A stretch of DNA of 62,858 nt, counting the filler, from Choristocarpus tenellus KU-1152 (lineage: Eukaryota > Protista > Phaeophyceae), in NCBI GenBank assembly GCA_964200185.2. It is 8 parts of 8 records of this genome, joined end to end, with 100 filler letters (N's around TTAATTAATTAA, not from the genome) between each part and the next. Parts side by side here need not be neighbours in the genome. Positions count along the whole stretch, not along the records: positions 30,952 to 42,964 come from CAXNAD020002026.1; positions 43,065 to 46,688 come from CAXNAD020018888.1; positions 46,789 to 52,453 come from CAXNAD020010088.1; 5 more parts are not named here. One strand, 5' to 3'. Shown here piece after piece: positions 38,905 to 52,254 of the stretch. The first letter of the stretch is position 1; every line of letters starts with the position of its first letter. The notes under the pieces are model-generated. The model was not told the origin of the DNA, ran no database searches, and saw nothing but the letters and a program-made list of their open reading frames with translations. The translations under genes and the position numbers were made by a program.

Positions 38905-41902
38905 ATGGTGCCCTCCCGATTTCGCTTTGGGAGTGGCAGTGGGAGTGGGAGTGGCAGTGGGAGTGGGAGTGGCAGTGGGAGTGGGAGTGGCAGTGGGAGT
39001 GGGAGTGAGAGCGGAAGCGGAAGTGGCAGTGACAGTGATAGTGGAAGCAGCAAAAGTGGATCTCGTTCAAGATCTCCTCCGAGAAGTGAGTTTCGAACCC
39101 TGATCTTATGTTGTGGGATGTTGGATACACGATCCATCCCATGTGTGGCAGGGATAGTAGACGACTTGGTTGTTTTAAAAGAAGTGTGTTTTTTTTGTGA
39201 TTCGCTCATAGCAAATGGATAAAGGTGATAGCATTCCTCCCTGGCGTTTCCCTTTTATTTAGAAACGAGAGTAGTACGAACACCACATGCCGATCGCGAA
39301 TGACAATCCTGGATTTGGTAGTTGGGCTGTAGCACTTTTTGCTCTCTATTAACGAGTCCACTGCTCTCCATCGCGGGTCGTGTTCATAAAGTTGGATCTG
39401 ATCCTCGGTTGCCAAGCGGAATCCTTATCCACAGTTGATATGAATTCCCTCCTTACAATCCCGCAGGGGGTGGAAGCAAGTCTAGGGATACTACAGAAAC
39501 AGACAGGGTATTGAAGGCGAAGGTGAGACGGAATAGCCAACAGTATATTTTCTGTTCATCTCAGAATATAGACCTCCTCTCGGCAGATTTTAATTCCCTT
39601 GATTGCCCGGCGGTGTAGGGTGGCAGAAGCGATTGCCCATGTTGAAAACATTGGCAAACTGTACCCGTGAGGTATTGCACACAGGTTGAATATAGTTGCC
39701 ACTAGCATGCCGAGCCCTGTATTCGTAACCCAGTAAATGTTTGTGTAGAGGGATAAAATTGTGCCCCTTGTATCCCAAGGTACATATGTGGCGTATTACA
39801 TATTTTTACTTACAAGCTCACAATCTCGCTACATGTTTCCTATCTCTCTCTATATCTCTATCTCCATCTCCCTCTGCAGTTGAGTGTAGAACATGTGCAT
39901 GACTAAAGTAAGCTCAATCCTTGGGTTCATTCTCTGCTTATTTTATCATATTTTTCAATACTCCAAAGCCCGAAAAGTAAATCCAACCTAACCCTCCAAG
40001 ATTTTTAATATGATCTATTGCGATCGTGTTTTAGCCTATCACCTCCCTGTCTTTGTTCAAAGTTATAAAAATTATACGCTGACCCCCTCTGCTCCCACAC
40101 ACACCCTCCCCAACCGTAATTGCCAATTGTCTTTCCATCTCGCCGATTCTATGTCCCACTGTCCCTCTGACCCCCTCTGACCTTGTGCTGACCCCCCCTC
40201 TATGGATTACGCCCTAACATCCACAAGGGAGAGGATGGCAACAAGAACGGCATGGGTCGCTCAGGCTCATCTTCACAATCAAGAAGAGGAAGGTCCCGGT
40301 CGAGGTCAAAGTCAAAGTCAAAGGTGCTTAGGAGAGGGATTATTGTCTGATCAATGGTTTGAGTGTTTGTGCCTTACATATATATATATATATATGTATC
40401 TACATGTGTGTCGATGGTATTAATAAAGCATGAAAGAAATAATACTGTTTTGGGAAAGGCAATTAAGTTCTGCTCTGGGAATTGCATGAGTAGGATTTGC
40501 GCAGAGATTCTTTCATTCGTGTAGAGTTTTTACTTTGAAAACAGCGTCGGTTTGAAATGAGGCTTCAACCACGACACATTTCAGACCAGAACATATATCG
40601 TAACTCAAGAGTCAACTCATAATCCACCCCACTGCTACTGCTTTGGGGGGGCGTGGGTTGTGTTCATGCTATGTTCCTGTTTCCAAGACCACTACAAGGC
40701 CACGCAGTCCGTCTCCCTTGAGCATGCTACATGTGTCCAATCTCTCTCGCAACGTCAAGGCAGAGCACCTCAAGGTGATAGGAGTTTGCAAGAGTATTTA
40801 GCAATGCTACAGTACACACTAGAGAGGAGATGGGGCTGTTTGAATTGTCTATGCATGGGTTCTGCCTCCACCCCTTCTCAAAGCTGACACTCTATATATA
40901 TACTCCGCCCTCCTCAAGACATGAAAAATAGTTTGGGTGGGACGTGGTTGATGGGAAATGTGACCTGCCTGCAATAAACGCTGGAGTGACTGCATGCCTG
41001 TCTGTGCTATTGCTTTTGTTTTCCTCCCTCCCGTTCTCAATTTTGTTCCTACGAGCTCCCAAAACAAAGTGCAAACAAGCAGGACGTCTTGGTTGCGATT
41101 CAAACCCAAACAAGGACTTGTCCTTTCCACCCTCCAATGGCCATGTTCTGGTATGACACCATTATGCTCACGTCTATTGTTCGGCATGGGTGACTCTCTG
41201 TATGACGTGGGTTGCCGCAGGAAGTATTTGGCTCTTACGGGAAAGTCACCTCGGTGGACCTAGCTGTGGACAAGCGAGTCAATCTACCCAAGGTGATGGA
41301 TGCATGAAGCTTCTGATGGAACGGTGTGAATTTTTGTATGTACATCAGAGCTGCTGGGAGATCCCCCTTAGGTTGTACGTGTGTGTGTGTGTGTTTGTGA
41401 GTGTTTTGCAGGAGGTGCTCTTAGTGGGATGTTAACCCTAACCCTGTATCTGAACACCCATGCACGGATTCATTCACATGTGCTTTAAAATCAGTAGGTT
41501 ATGGGCTCCTCAAACTTCAACCAGACTTTTTAAGTTTCTGATTCGCCCGTCTCATCGGCGCTTCTTTTGGCTAAACATGAACACAGACAATGCCCTAACC
41601 TCTTCCCTCAATGGCAGCAGACCCTTTGGTTGATTCAACCATCGAAGTGTAGATGGAAGTAATTCTCACCCAGGCTGGCTTGCCTATCCCCACATAAGAG
41701 TGACTGAATTGTGTTTTCAGGACCGGTGCTGATGCGTCGCATTTCCCATCTTGATGTGCTTATCAAATTGCTATTCCCCCGCCCCCTCCACCCTTCAATA
41801 TGTGTTTACATGCATGTGTCTCCTACACAGGGATATGCATTTGTGGAGTTTCAGGAGAGGGTAGATGCAGAACAGGCACAGCTGTACCTTGATGGAGGCC
41901 AG
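38905..41902 (+). CDS. RNPS1: RNPS1/SR45-like Ser-rich RRM splicing/EJC factor, 5' part (exons include 38905-39085, 40228-40323, 40688-40774, 41221-41292, 41831-41902)
   Basis: GS/RS-rich N-terminus, then RRM LHVSNLSRNVKAEHLK|EVFGSYGKVTSVDLAVDKRVNLPK|GYAFVEFQERVDAEQAQLYLDGGQ. The link from exon 1 to the next exon is unresolved. Confidence 0.88.
38929..39060 (+). repeat. Coding hexanucleotide repeat (GGGAGT/GGCAGT)n encoding poly-GS
   Basis: Read directly from the sequence. Confidence 0.95.
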
Positions 41903-42943
41903 GTGAGTCAACCTTCAAAATTCCTGTTTATTCCACAACCCTGACAGTCGTGGTGATTTTTCTTACAGGATGATTAGTGTATGTGTTGCCCACCCTGTGC
42001 TTGTGGCGGAGTTGTGACAATTTTTGTGTGTGCTTGAGTGTGCTTGTCTCTCTCCACCTCTCTCCCTCTACATATATATATATATGTTCATGTTTCGTCT
42101 TCTACTTCTCCTCTCCTTGTAACTGTATATTTTCCCTATCTTGTTCTTCCATGTATGTTTTTACTATGGTGGCGTGTTGCATTAAAAATATATATTTTTG
42201 TAGCTAGTGTTCTTTTTTGCTATCATTCGACTGGGTTTTATTTCTTTTCATGAGAGGGTGACCGGATGCTTCTGTTGTTCAGTAGTGTTTGTCGTGTGAG
42301 TCTTGGAACAGAGTGGCAAAGGTGGTGCTACTACTGTTTTGCCAGGGATGGGTGCTTCTCCTGCTCCTCCAAGCTCTATTCCTTGAGAATAGTATACCTG
42401 TACTACATCTAATAGAATTTATTTTTTCCTGTCCACTGCCATCACTGCCGTCCTGCCTCCATTCCAACTCGACAGTTGAAAAAACTGATTAAAAAAATAT
42501 ATATTTACTCTCATGTGATCCGATATCACTGTGCATGGTGTGTACTCTTCCTGGTGCGAAAATGATACATTTTTCTCATTTTACTCCCATGAAAGACCAA
42601 AACATAAAGGGAATCGAAGGCATAGTCATCTCTCAGTTTTGTTCCGATATCTAGTATTCTGTATGCTCATGTCCACTATTAGTTTAAAAATGTACGATAT
42701 TTTGTTTGGAGTTGTTGCAGCCTCTTTTTTTTTTCATGCTGAACATCACTAGAAGTGTGAAAAAATTGGGATGGACTTGTTCGGCGTGGAGGTGATTCTG
42801 CATCCAATGATGACTTGATTGCTTGAGGTGCAGAATAAAGAGCAGGCGGATGATACCACGAGTTTTCAGTTGCAGTCTTGTATGAATATCTGAAGCAGCT
42901 GGTCGGTCTATAGTGATGCAGGAGTGCTGTTGGAATTTATTTT

Positions 42944-42964
42944 GACCCAAAGTATTTGGGGGGG
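42944..42964. mobile_element. MITE family B terminus at the contig end
   Basis: GACCCAAAGTATTTGGGGGGG. Confidence 0.55.
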
Positions 42965-43064
42965 NNNNNNNNNNNNNNNNNNNNNNNNNNNNNNNNNNNN
43001 NNNNNNNNTTAATTAATTAANNNNNNNNNNNNNNNNNNNNNNNNNNNNNNNNNNNNNNNNNNNN
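42965..43064. other. Artificial contig spacer
   Basis: N44-TTAATTAATTAA-N44. Confidence 0.99.
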
Positions 43065-43131
43065 ACAATCGCGACATGAAAAAATTGACCCCACATGGAC
43101 AGCCGCCACCCCCTCCCAGATACTTTGAGCC
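43065..43131. mobile_element. MITE family B end
   Basis: CATGAAAAAATTGACCCCACATGGACAGCCGCCACCCCCTCCCAGATACTTTGAGCC. Confidence 0.75.
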
Positions 43132-44371
43132 TAACACCCATTTTTAGCATTCACAGCTTTCACAAACACACACACACACACCCGAGATCCTATCTTCTAT
43201 GAGCATATGCACAAAACACTCACATCCTCGCCCCAGCCACATTCACGCACGATCTGTAAGGACAGGGGATGCTGTCTCAAAGGGGGGGGCAATACGAGTT
43301 TCACATCAACATCAAGCGTTGAGCAACAAGCCAAAGAAGTGAGATGCGAGTGTAACTCCCTCAATACACACAAGGCATCACAATTGAAGGCCCTGGTCAT
43401 CATATTTCCCACAAGGGAACAAGACTATTCCACATATATCAGGCAACGCACGGCACGACTACTGAACGTACATATTATTTATCCCACCCATTTTGCCAGA
43501 CAAGTCGCTTCTCATTATTCTAAGACAGCTTGCTGTTCCGCAGCGCAAGGGTCAATTGGACCTCCTCGTCAGCCTGTGGCAGAGTGGGTTGAAATGGCAT
43601 CCAGAGAAAAGCACTGTTTTTTTCTGTCTTGTTGACTGCAGATACTTCTAAGTATTTAATCAATACCTTCAATGCAGTTGAGTTGTTGAAGGAAATGGAA
43701 GTAAGCAATAACAGCAATGGCGTTTGAAACCTCAAATTTGGAAGGCGGTTAAACCTGTACACGTGACCAAAAAAATAGTATTGCCTAATCCTGGCAACAA
43801 CTGGTAACTGCTCCTTACTCTGAGGAGGGGGCCAGGTGATGGAATTCTCCGGGGCGGGGGAGAGCTTTACCTCTTGTGACTCGAGTAGTATGTGTGTGGT
43901 ATGTCGGGACTGAACTCTGAAGTTCTCAAGGCGACATTCAGTGCCTACCTTACACTTAGTGAAAGAGCCTCAGTATAGTCTTGCTATACGTAGTAATTTC
44001 AAGAAATGACACCCGTGCCAACAAACTTGATCTGTGTATCACTGCTTGCCCTATATGCACTAGAAGCACACTTTGTAGAACAGTTGCAGCAACTAACTGG
44101 TCAAAACAACCTAGGACCCCAATTCAGCGAGTCTACTGACACAAGGATCCAATAAGTGTTTTTATTTTCAGTATATACACAGCGTTCCAGAGGCCATGTA
44201 ACCATTGCTTCAGTTGATATCTATCTTATCTTCAAGAGCATCACATGGCAGCCTGTTTGTATTTGTGGAAGGCTACCAAGAACAAGCTCGGATGATCCCG
44301 CATCCTCTCACTTCAAACTTTGAAAAGGTCGAAAGCACTCTAAAGCAATCATGCAATCTGTGGGACGGAAT

Positions 44372-44629
44372 GAGTGAACGTATCTTAGAGGGTACGAGTT
44401 TTGCCCTTTTTGTCAATTTGGGGCTTGGCTTCCCACGGGTGTTTTATGAGATTTTACCTACTCCGAAATGTTTCAGAGTAGGTAAAATGTGTACGTTATG
44501 AAAAGGTGTGTCCGAACAAGGATATTGACACTTCCTAATAAACACGATAGTCAAAATTACATCAAAATCACAACATTGGATTCTGGCCTCCAAATGGACA
44601 CCGCTCTACCCTCTAAGATACTTTGTCTC
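44372..44629. mobile_element. MITE family A, full length (258 bp)
   Basis: GAGTGAACGTATCTTAGAGGGTA ... TACCCTCTAAGATACTTTGTCTC. Flanks GAAT/AATA are not a perfect duplication. Confidence 0.9.
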
Positions 44630-45416
44630 AATACCTCCATGTCCCAGTGAACAAATGCCACAGAAGAGAAGGAAAAGAAGGAATCTGAGGACAGGATTCA
44701 ACCACGCTCACCTCATCGAGGGGTTCCACAGCAAAACCAAGATCCGATACAGCTTTTACCATGCAACTGAGCTCTTGACCTATGGCTGACTCCTTGTCGA
44801 GGATGACCTCAAAGTGCCCATGACGATAGTATGTCCCCATACCCTGGGTAACAAGCCCTTGTAGGCCTTCTGTCCGTGGCTTCCAAGGGAACGCACACTG
44901 GGACAACGCCTGATGCCATTCATATATTACAGAGAGGGAACTAACAAAGAATATGAGTGATGTAGGGACAGAAGAGAGGAATTCATACAGACCCGCGGAT
45001 GGACGGGGTTTGTCTACTCCAAGATTCAAGGAGGGGCAGAGAGGTCTCTAAGACGTGATACAGATCATTGCCTCTGGGACGTTGTCGCATCCCTTGAAAA
45101 ATGCAGAGAGTTTGACACCGCCCAGGTCAGGGCACTTTCCCCACCACTGGTGCACGGTTTCGCGTCGTGGCAGAGGATGCGCGCGTCGGACACCTCAATC
45201 TCATTATCACTGGTCGAACCCTACACAAGTTCCAAGGCCTTTGTTTAGACAGATGTTGGAGTACAATTATAGCACACAGTGGGTCCAACATGAGGAGAGT
45301 TTGCAGACTTCATTTCAAGGAGTCAATTGCAGCAAGAGATGCATTACGAGGAATGTGATCAAGTGTTGCCATGGCGGACAGAATTATCACCACCAGCTCC
45401 TTCCCGCCCTGCTTGA

Positions 45417-45848
45417 GGGCGAAAGTATCTTAGAGGGTACGAGTGTTGCTCTGTTTGTCCATTTGGGGCTTGGCTTCCCATGTTTTTTTTTATGATATTT
45501 TCCTACTCCAAAAACATTCGAGTAGGTAAAATGTATACGTTATGAAAAGGAGTGCCCGGAACAAGGATATTGACACTTCCAAACGAACAGAGTCAAAGTA
45601 TCTTAGAAGGTAGAGCCGGGTCCATTTGGGGGCCAAAACCCAATGTTGATATTTTGATGTAATTTTGGCTATCATGTTTGTTAGGAGATGTCAATATCCT
45701 TCTTCCGCACACACCCTTTCATAATGTAAACATTTTACCTACTCTGGAACATCTTGGAGTAGATAAAATGTCATTAAAATCTCGTGGGAAGCCAAGCCCC
45801 AAATAGACAAACACGGAAGAAATCGTACCCTCTAAGATACTTTGACTC
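45417..45848. mobile_element. Two MITE family A copies in opposite orientation (truncated 45417-45589; full 45590-45848)
   Basis: GGGCGAAAGTATCTTAGAGGGTACG... followed by GAGTCAAAGTATCTTAGAAGGTAG...TACCCTCTAAGATACTTTGACTC. Confidence 0.88.
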
Positions 45849-46665
45849 AGAGCAAGCCCAAGCCCTCCAGGTGATTAGTCCTCCCAAGAATCACCAATCC
45901 TCGATAGATAATTCCTTCCTTGTCATGCAAGAGAGCATCCAAGGCCACACGGGCTGACGCCATCCCACTCTTTTCCTTGGCTATGCGTCCAAGGAAATCC
46001 CTAGTCACCTGGATTTCCCTTCCGTAGGTTTCCTTGCATTGTGGATAGGGGAAGAGTAGAGGTATGTAGGGGGAGCTCTCTTGGGGTGACAACTTGCTGC
46101 GTATGTGTATGTGTATATGGGCGTGGGTATGGATATGGATGTGGATGACCGTTACCCAGAATAGGCAGGGTTTCGTCATTATTTTCTCTATCAATAACCA
46201 GAACCAGTAGTATTGGGCTTGCTTGTTACAGAAAAATATAGTATACTCCATCAGTTTCACCTTCAATCTAAGCATGGCCTGCGGTCTCAACGTGTGCACA
46301 ACTCTATTCTCCCTCCAAAACAAGTCCTATTCCCATCCATTATCATTCCTCTCGAGATCAATCCTCACACGCACACACAGGTGATGAGTTACGGGGTATG
46401 TCTTGAGGTATTGTGGATCTTGGCTGAGTTTAACTGTACCCCTAACCCTCACCCCAAACCCAATTCACCTCGATACAAAAGAGCTTGTTCATAACAATGG
46501 GAGCTTCCAACCCCAGCCTTGCCACAAATTCAGTATGTTCTATCAGCAACCGTTCTTTGCCTCGGAACCCTAGTCCTTACTCAAGAGTGGGACTCAGAAA
46601 TAAGGGAGGAGGATGTCCACTTTGTCAACCAGTCCAAGAAGTCGTCAAATAACAATGGAAATAGA

Positions 46666-46688
46666 GACCCAAAGTATCTGGGAGGGGG
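46666..46688. mobile_element. MITE family B terminus at the contig end
   Basis: GACCCAAAGTATCTGGGAGGGGG. Confidence 0.65.
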
Positions 46689-46788
46689 NNNNNNNNNNNN
46701 NNNNNNNNNNNNNNNNNNNNNNNNNNNNNNNNTTAATTAATTAANNNNNNNNNNNNNNNNNNNNNNNNNNNNNNNNNNNNNNNNNNNN
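46689..46788. other. Artificial contig spacer
   Basis: N44-TTAATTAATTAA-N44. Confidence 0.99.
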
Positions 46789-46921
46789 AAAATGAAAAAA
46801 AAAAAATTATTTTAATAAAAAAAGAAAAAAAAAAAAAAAAAAAATAAAAAACACAAACACAAATGCCCCCCCCCCCCCCCTCCTTGCATCACTCACTACA
46901 GGGGCAAGATTTGTTGTCATG

Positions 46922-48966
46922 TTAGGTAATGGGCTTCGGGGGGTATACCCCAAGTGTGCAGGGTGTCAGCTTGCCTGCTCCGGCATAGACGTTTCCAGAG
47001 GAGATCATCGTTGCCCTGACTCTTCCACTCCTGGCTCACCTCCGTAGCGCTACAGAGCGTGGGTGCATCCATGAACTAAAATCATTTTTTAAAAGGGGAA
47101 TACAGAGATTGGAGTACATAGCTGTGGGTGTGTGTAGGTTCATGTGCGTAAGCATGTCTAGAAATGAATAGATTGCCCCGGAGCTGGCTACCAGAGCCAT
47201 CTACACACTACCGGTAGAAAGCAGCGCATCAAACATGGCAGCATTGTTGCAGATGCTTATTAAAACATGAGAAAAAAAAGGAGAAAAAAAAAAGGTGAAG
47301 AAATTTGATTTTTTAGAAATATTTGATTGAACTGCAGGAAATCTTCGCATTGTTGAAACCCCTTTTATTTTTTATTAAAAAATAAAAAATAAAAATGGCC
47401 TCTTGTTCTTTTTTGTACTCTTGAGCTGCCTGTCATTAAGAGGCGAGCAAAATCAGCACAAGGTGTGTAGTACACATATATCGGAATGGCAATACTGCCA
47501 AAACAGGGGGAGGCGGTGGATAAATTATTCTAACGAAAAGAGGGTACATTGTAAAAAAGAAACTATAAATGAATGACTGTATGGTGTTGGTCCCGAGTGG
47601 TGTACAGTACAAGTCATCTTTTACCGCACACCTTACTGTACAATATTCTAAAACACATTCGCAAATAGACATAAACACACACACACACACACACACACAC
47701 ATGCACTCACACATGATGATTAAAGGTCACCTCACCTGAAACATGAGGGGCACAATGTCAGAGGGAATACTCTTGGGCGGGCAGGAACTTCCCCGATCAT
47801 CCACATCATCTGCGAAATCACCATACTCTAGTGACTCTGTGGGGGACCAAGAAAGAGTCAGAATGGGTCTCCCAGGTGGAGGAAGGTGACCTGGAGCCTG
47901 TCTCTGGGGGAAGTAGAGCACCATTGCACGGCAGTTGGGTCCTGCGTCTGACTGAGCATGTGATCCCCATCCTGCTCACAACGGATGGAGAAGTGAGGGT
48001 TAGATGAGATAGCATGGGAGGGAGGTTGAATCGCTTGGTGGAGGTAGTCAGCATAAAGAAGGGCAAGTAAGGATTCAGAGCGCAGATGTAGTGTGGTTGA
48101 CATTTACTCTGCAGTACATGGTAGAACTTTTTATACCTCAAAAAAGAAGTTACCAAGATGTCAACAGTTACACGTGTGTGAAGTGTGGGTTAGCGTACTG
48201 GATGAGGTGTTGGGGGAGTTGAGTGGGGAAAGCTGTGGGATGGGCATGAATAGTGCAAAGGCGCTAACCTTGTCTCAGGTGTAAAATACTTCCAAGTTGA
48301 TGGACGTCACGGTAATGGAACACCCTGGACAGAGTGGGCCAGAGGGGCATATAAGTACAGCAATAAATTAGTGAATGCTATCTCTAACACTATTGAAACC
48401 GCATTTGCCTCCATCAACGAGCGACGTTAGGCGTGATAGTGAACAACACAAAAAAATGGTCTAGGAGAAAATCGTGGTTTGAGGTAAAGCTCCCAATCAC
48501 GTATCCCTCCATTGTTACTCTCCTCCTGTCCAACGGGTTAGTCTTCTGAAACGTGGGCATGTAGAGGAGCTCTTTCCTTTCATTAAAATACTGAAGTTGA
48601 CAATTGCCAATTCACTCCCTTGTTTGATGGAAAGACGCGCCATGGTGCAAAGAGATCAAGGTTCATAACTCGATATGCCCAAAATTAGACCATGTTTACA
48701 ACGCAGTTTAGTCCATCCTGCAGAGTGTGATCTTACAGAAAAGAAGGGAGAGACGATCCCACTCTAATGCGCCTAATTTCTACAAATCGAAGTGAAAGTT
48801 ATCCTTGTTGAACCATTGCTGTACATACCAAGTAGACAGACAAACCTGAGGAGCGGGCACTCTTGGAGAGGTAGGTTCTAGTTGAAAATTTTAATCTCGA
48901 CGGGGAGGGGGTCATAAGGTTCGCCTTTTCCTCACAGCACGTGGTGGGGATAACGTTTGAATCCAT
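46922..48966 (-). CDS. F-box protein, multi-exon (secure exons 47971-47736 and 47075-46975; upstream exons tentative)
   Basis: Spliced SIPSDIVPLMFQ|FMDAPTLCSATEVSQEWKSQGNDDLLWKRLC fits the F-box consensus (LPxEIxxxIFxFLxxxxLxxxxxVCKxWxxxxxDxxLW). Confidence 0.7.
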
Positions 48967-50379
48967 GTTGGAACTTCTCCTACAAGGTGGGGAACGTGTG
49001 TGGGGTATACACGAATAGTCAGAATAGAGAAGTAAGAAGCGAAGAGATGAGGAGAGGCATTTATCCACCACCGCCTGGTCTTGGGCATTAAGAGGGAAAT
49101 GCCGTGGGTTCCACACAATCGACCTTCGATCAATATATTCAACACTACTGTAGAAAGCAAAGCACAGGAGGAGCTGACAAAGTTATCCACAATAAGTACG
49201 CTGAGCATTGACATCCCTTAAACCCTGTGCAAGCCCTTGATGGAGTTGCCATTCAATTCAGATAGTACATTGTGAATGACACTGGAGAATATTCCGCGTG
49301 TATGTCATGGGAAATGCCACGTTCATAAGAACAGGACGTCCTGAGGAATGTGACTTGAAATATTGATCTCAAAATGGCAATTATCATGCTAACTGCGCTC
49401 ACCTTCCCTAAAGACAGAGGATGATTGGCAATAATTAGCACCGAAAGCTCGACAGGAGGATGAGTGCATCCCTCGTTAGGGAATGGAAAGGTCCTTCCTT
49501 CACACCTCAGTTACTGTTTGTGCCGATTCGGAGCCAACATTACTTGGTTCCAAAATTTAAAGGTTAGGGTTGGCGATATGGGTGAAGTGAATGAAGTGTA
49601 CATCAAAATTACAATAACTATAAATAAAAAATATTACCTAGTACTGGTTGGTACAAACATGAGTTTTTGGTGATAAGACACCTTCATCCTAAAGTTAGTT
49701 ACCTTAGTGAAGTGTCCTTCCTTCTTATGTAGTCTATTTCCTCAAACAACATCACTCCTTCCTGCCCCACTCATTCACTTTCCTTGTTACTCCTCCTTTC
49801 CTGAGTGATAATTTATAAGGCTTTCTCGTTACTCCGCCTCATCCCTCTCCTTTCCATTCCTCCTGTCTGTGGGTCTTCCCGTTCCCCCACAGTCTGAAGA
49901 ACCTGCCTGCCAGTTTCCGCTAGTTTCACGATGGTGACGACAGCGTAGTAGTTCTGAAGTGGGAGAGTACTTCAATAGTACTTCTTGGTACATGGCCTGT
50001 ACTTTGAGCACCACAAACACACACACCACCACTGCCGGTCTGTGTGTGGAAGTATGCCACATCAAACACAGGATCTTTTGACTCCAGAGTCGCTCATTGA
50101 AGCCCAGAGTGAGATTTCCTATGAGAACGTCGAACTTTTTGAGCTCAGAGTGAGTGCCTACATTGATGACAAGCGTGAGGACTACAACATTATTTATTGG
50201 TAGAGTATGGTGAATCGGATTAGACAAACGACCCTAAGTCGAGAAGGTGTATTGCGAGACATCTACAGCTATACTCAATGCAGCATGCCCTCACTTAGAG
50301 ACCAATGCTGCAGCGGGAGTTGGCACAATATCAAGCACGACTGAAAGAATTGAAATGACGCATTGAGGCATCACTTTTT

Positions 50380-51100
50380 TTTTCGTACAAGGGATTCTGG
50401 GTGAGCCTCATCTGCAGCAAGGGTCGACCACACTTGGTCTTGGACAATCATGGGGACATGCACACAGATATTATATTTAGGCATGTTGTGGACATGATGC
50501 TGAAGTATACCAGGAAGTACATGTATCAAGGTTTGTTGAAGTGTACTTTGTATCCACTACAAACCATCTTGCTAACACCCTGATCAAAAGATTACATAGG
50601 AAACGACGAGTGGAGGAGTAATATTGATTCTGTATTGGTAAAGACTTGTGTAAGAGTTCCAGTAACTTGGGTTTAGACCGTCCTCTCATGGGGGAGCGTG
50701 TAGAATAGGATCTCTGTGCACAAGTTCATCTATTGCATGCAAGTCGAGAGGTGCACCCCATCCATGAGTATCTATGGGGAGAAACCCCACGCAATAGATT
50801 GACTGGGGAATTATCAACTATGACAGACTTCATGTGAGACAGAGCAAAGGCTTTATGGAGATGTAAGACTTGAAGTGAAAGATGGTCAGGAGGGTGCAAC
50901 CATCAATGTGTAGACGATACTGCTATCACCTTGGACCAGCTGTTGTGTGCTACAGATAGTCTTGGAAGGAAGGGGGTCGAAGGAGGTCAAGGGAGCATCA
51001 TCATCACCTCTGAACCCGGACATGGACCTCAAACCGAATTTGGAAAGGTTCCATTTATTTGTTGCTGAAAGTGTTCATTCTTGTCGGAAGTGAGTGTTTC
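50380..51100 (+). mobile_element. Ty1/Copia 3' remnant: RNase H end, polypurine tract and probable LTR
   Basis: MHTDIIFRHVVD (cf. KHIDIRYHFIRD) and VYFVSTTNHLANTLIK (cf. YVPTxxQxADxxTK), then GGGGGAGCG followed by TGTAG at ~50699. Confidence 0.55.
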
Positions 51101-52254
51101 AGACGCTTAGACCTCATGCATTAGGGTGTGCAGAATAAGATGGGACCTATATGCTCCAGAGTACGTTGGTACATAATTGCAAGACACGCTATGATATTCA
51201 TATGTGGAGTTGAGTAGATTATTGTTTGGTAAATCAGTATTCTGGAAGGATCCATATTCTAGAAGTTTATTCTATATAAATGTTATTATGCCCTCTGACA
51301 TTTTTCAGATGTGTCAGGAGAAAAACCAATGAAAAGCCAATTCAATATCATAAGAACCTCTGTAAACGTAACAGTTGTCGTAAATGTGAAAGATATTTTT
51401 CTTATCTATTTTCGCACGTTTGTTATCTTCCACAAATAAGGAACTAATTATTTACCAACCTAAAAATACAATAAATCACTTTTTCTTCATTTTTTATTTT
51501 TCTTCTTCCTCTTCGTCACATTCCAACACTGCACCATACAGCAACCCAGGATCCTGCGAGGATCCCATTGCCTTCCTCTCCCCTCACTTCTGTCCAAAAG
51601 GCATCATGTGAGGCTGGCTCGCTCTCTGTTTTGAGAGTCTCCACGGTTTTATATTACAACTACGAAATTGCAATGTAGGTCCATGCCCTCAACTCCATCA
51701 TGGACTGTAGACAATGATCCTGCATTAAATTTGTCATGTTGGAAGCAACAACGTAGTGTTACGCATGAACTTTGCAATAACAAAATACCATGACTGATAA
51801 TATTACTTGACAATTGTTCCGCCCCAGAAATGTATCTCGGGTGAAGGAGTCTTTCCAAAAACGCGCTCTGTGGTCACAGTAATCCACGTTTCGCTTTTCT
51901 TTTTGAGAAATTGTCACGCCTCGCCCATGTCTCTACCAATAACTAACTTCTCCCTTCCACTTGCAGTAATTCTGCATGACACGACCCTTTCGCTTTCAGG
52001 ACTTGCTTGCTCCCTGCTCAACAAACAACCCACGGCAAGACCCCCCTCTATCTATAAACACATACGACAATGTTTTATCTCTCCCTCGCTAAATATTAAT
52101 CACCATTGTTGCGCTCCCTCTCAAAATTGCACTGATATGCCCCACTCTAGCTAGGCCTACTACCCCCTCCATAACTTGTTGCATAGTCTTACTCCATACT
52201 GTGTGTGTATACATTGCCAGACTTTCCTAGACAAAGCATATCACCGTGCAACCT

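Larger units (their letters stand above)
43700..46600 (-). pseudogene. Degraded tyrosine-recombinase retrotransposon (DIRS/Ngaro-like) remnant carrying three MITE A insertions
   Basis: RNase H-like GMGTYYRHGHFEV...QELSCMVKAVSDLG (~44840-44730). Downstream are weak recombinase-like pieces RLAEL and GPLLRV (cf. HSLR). Many stops. Confidence 0.35.

Noticed and set aside
38837-39209. His/Cys-rich and Leu-Pro repeat ORFs on the minus strand
   Set aside because: Antisense shadows of the poly-GS repeat in the RNPS1-like gene.
48270-48970. Copia integrase remnant
   Set aside because: Motif resemblance was weak; the region is better explained as upstream exons of the F-box gene.
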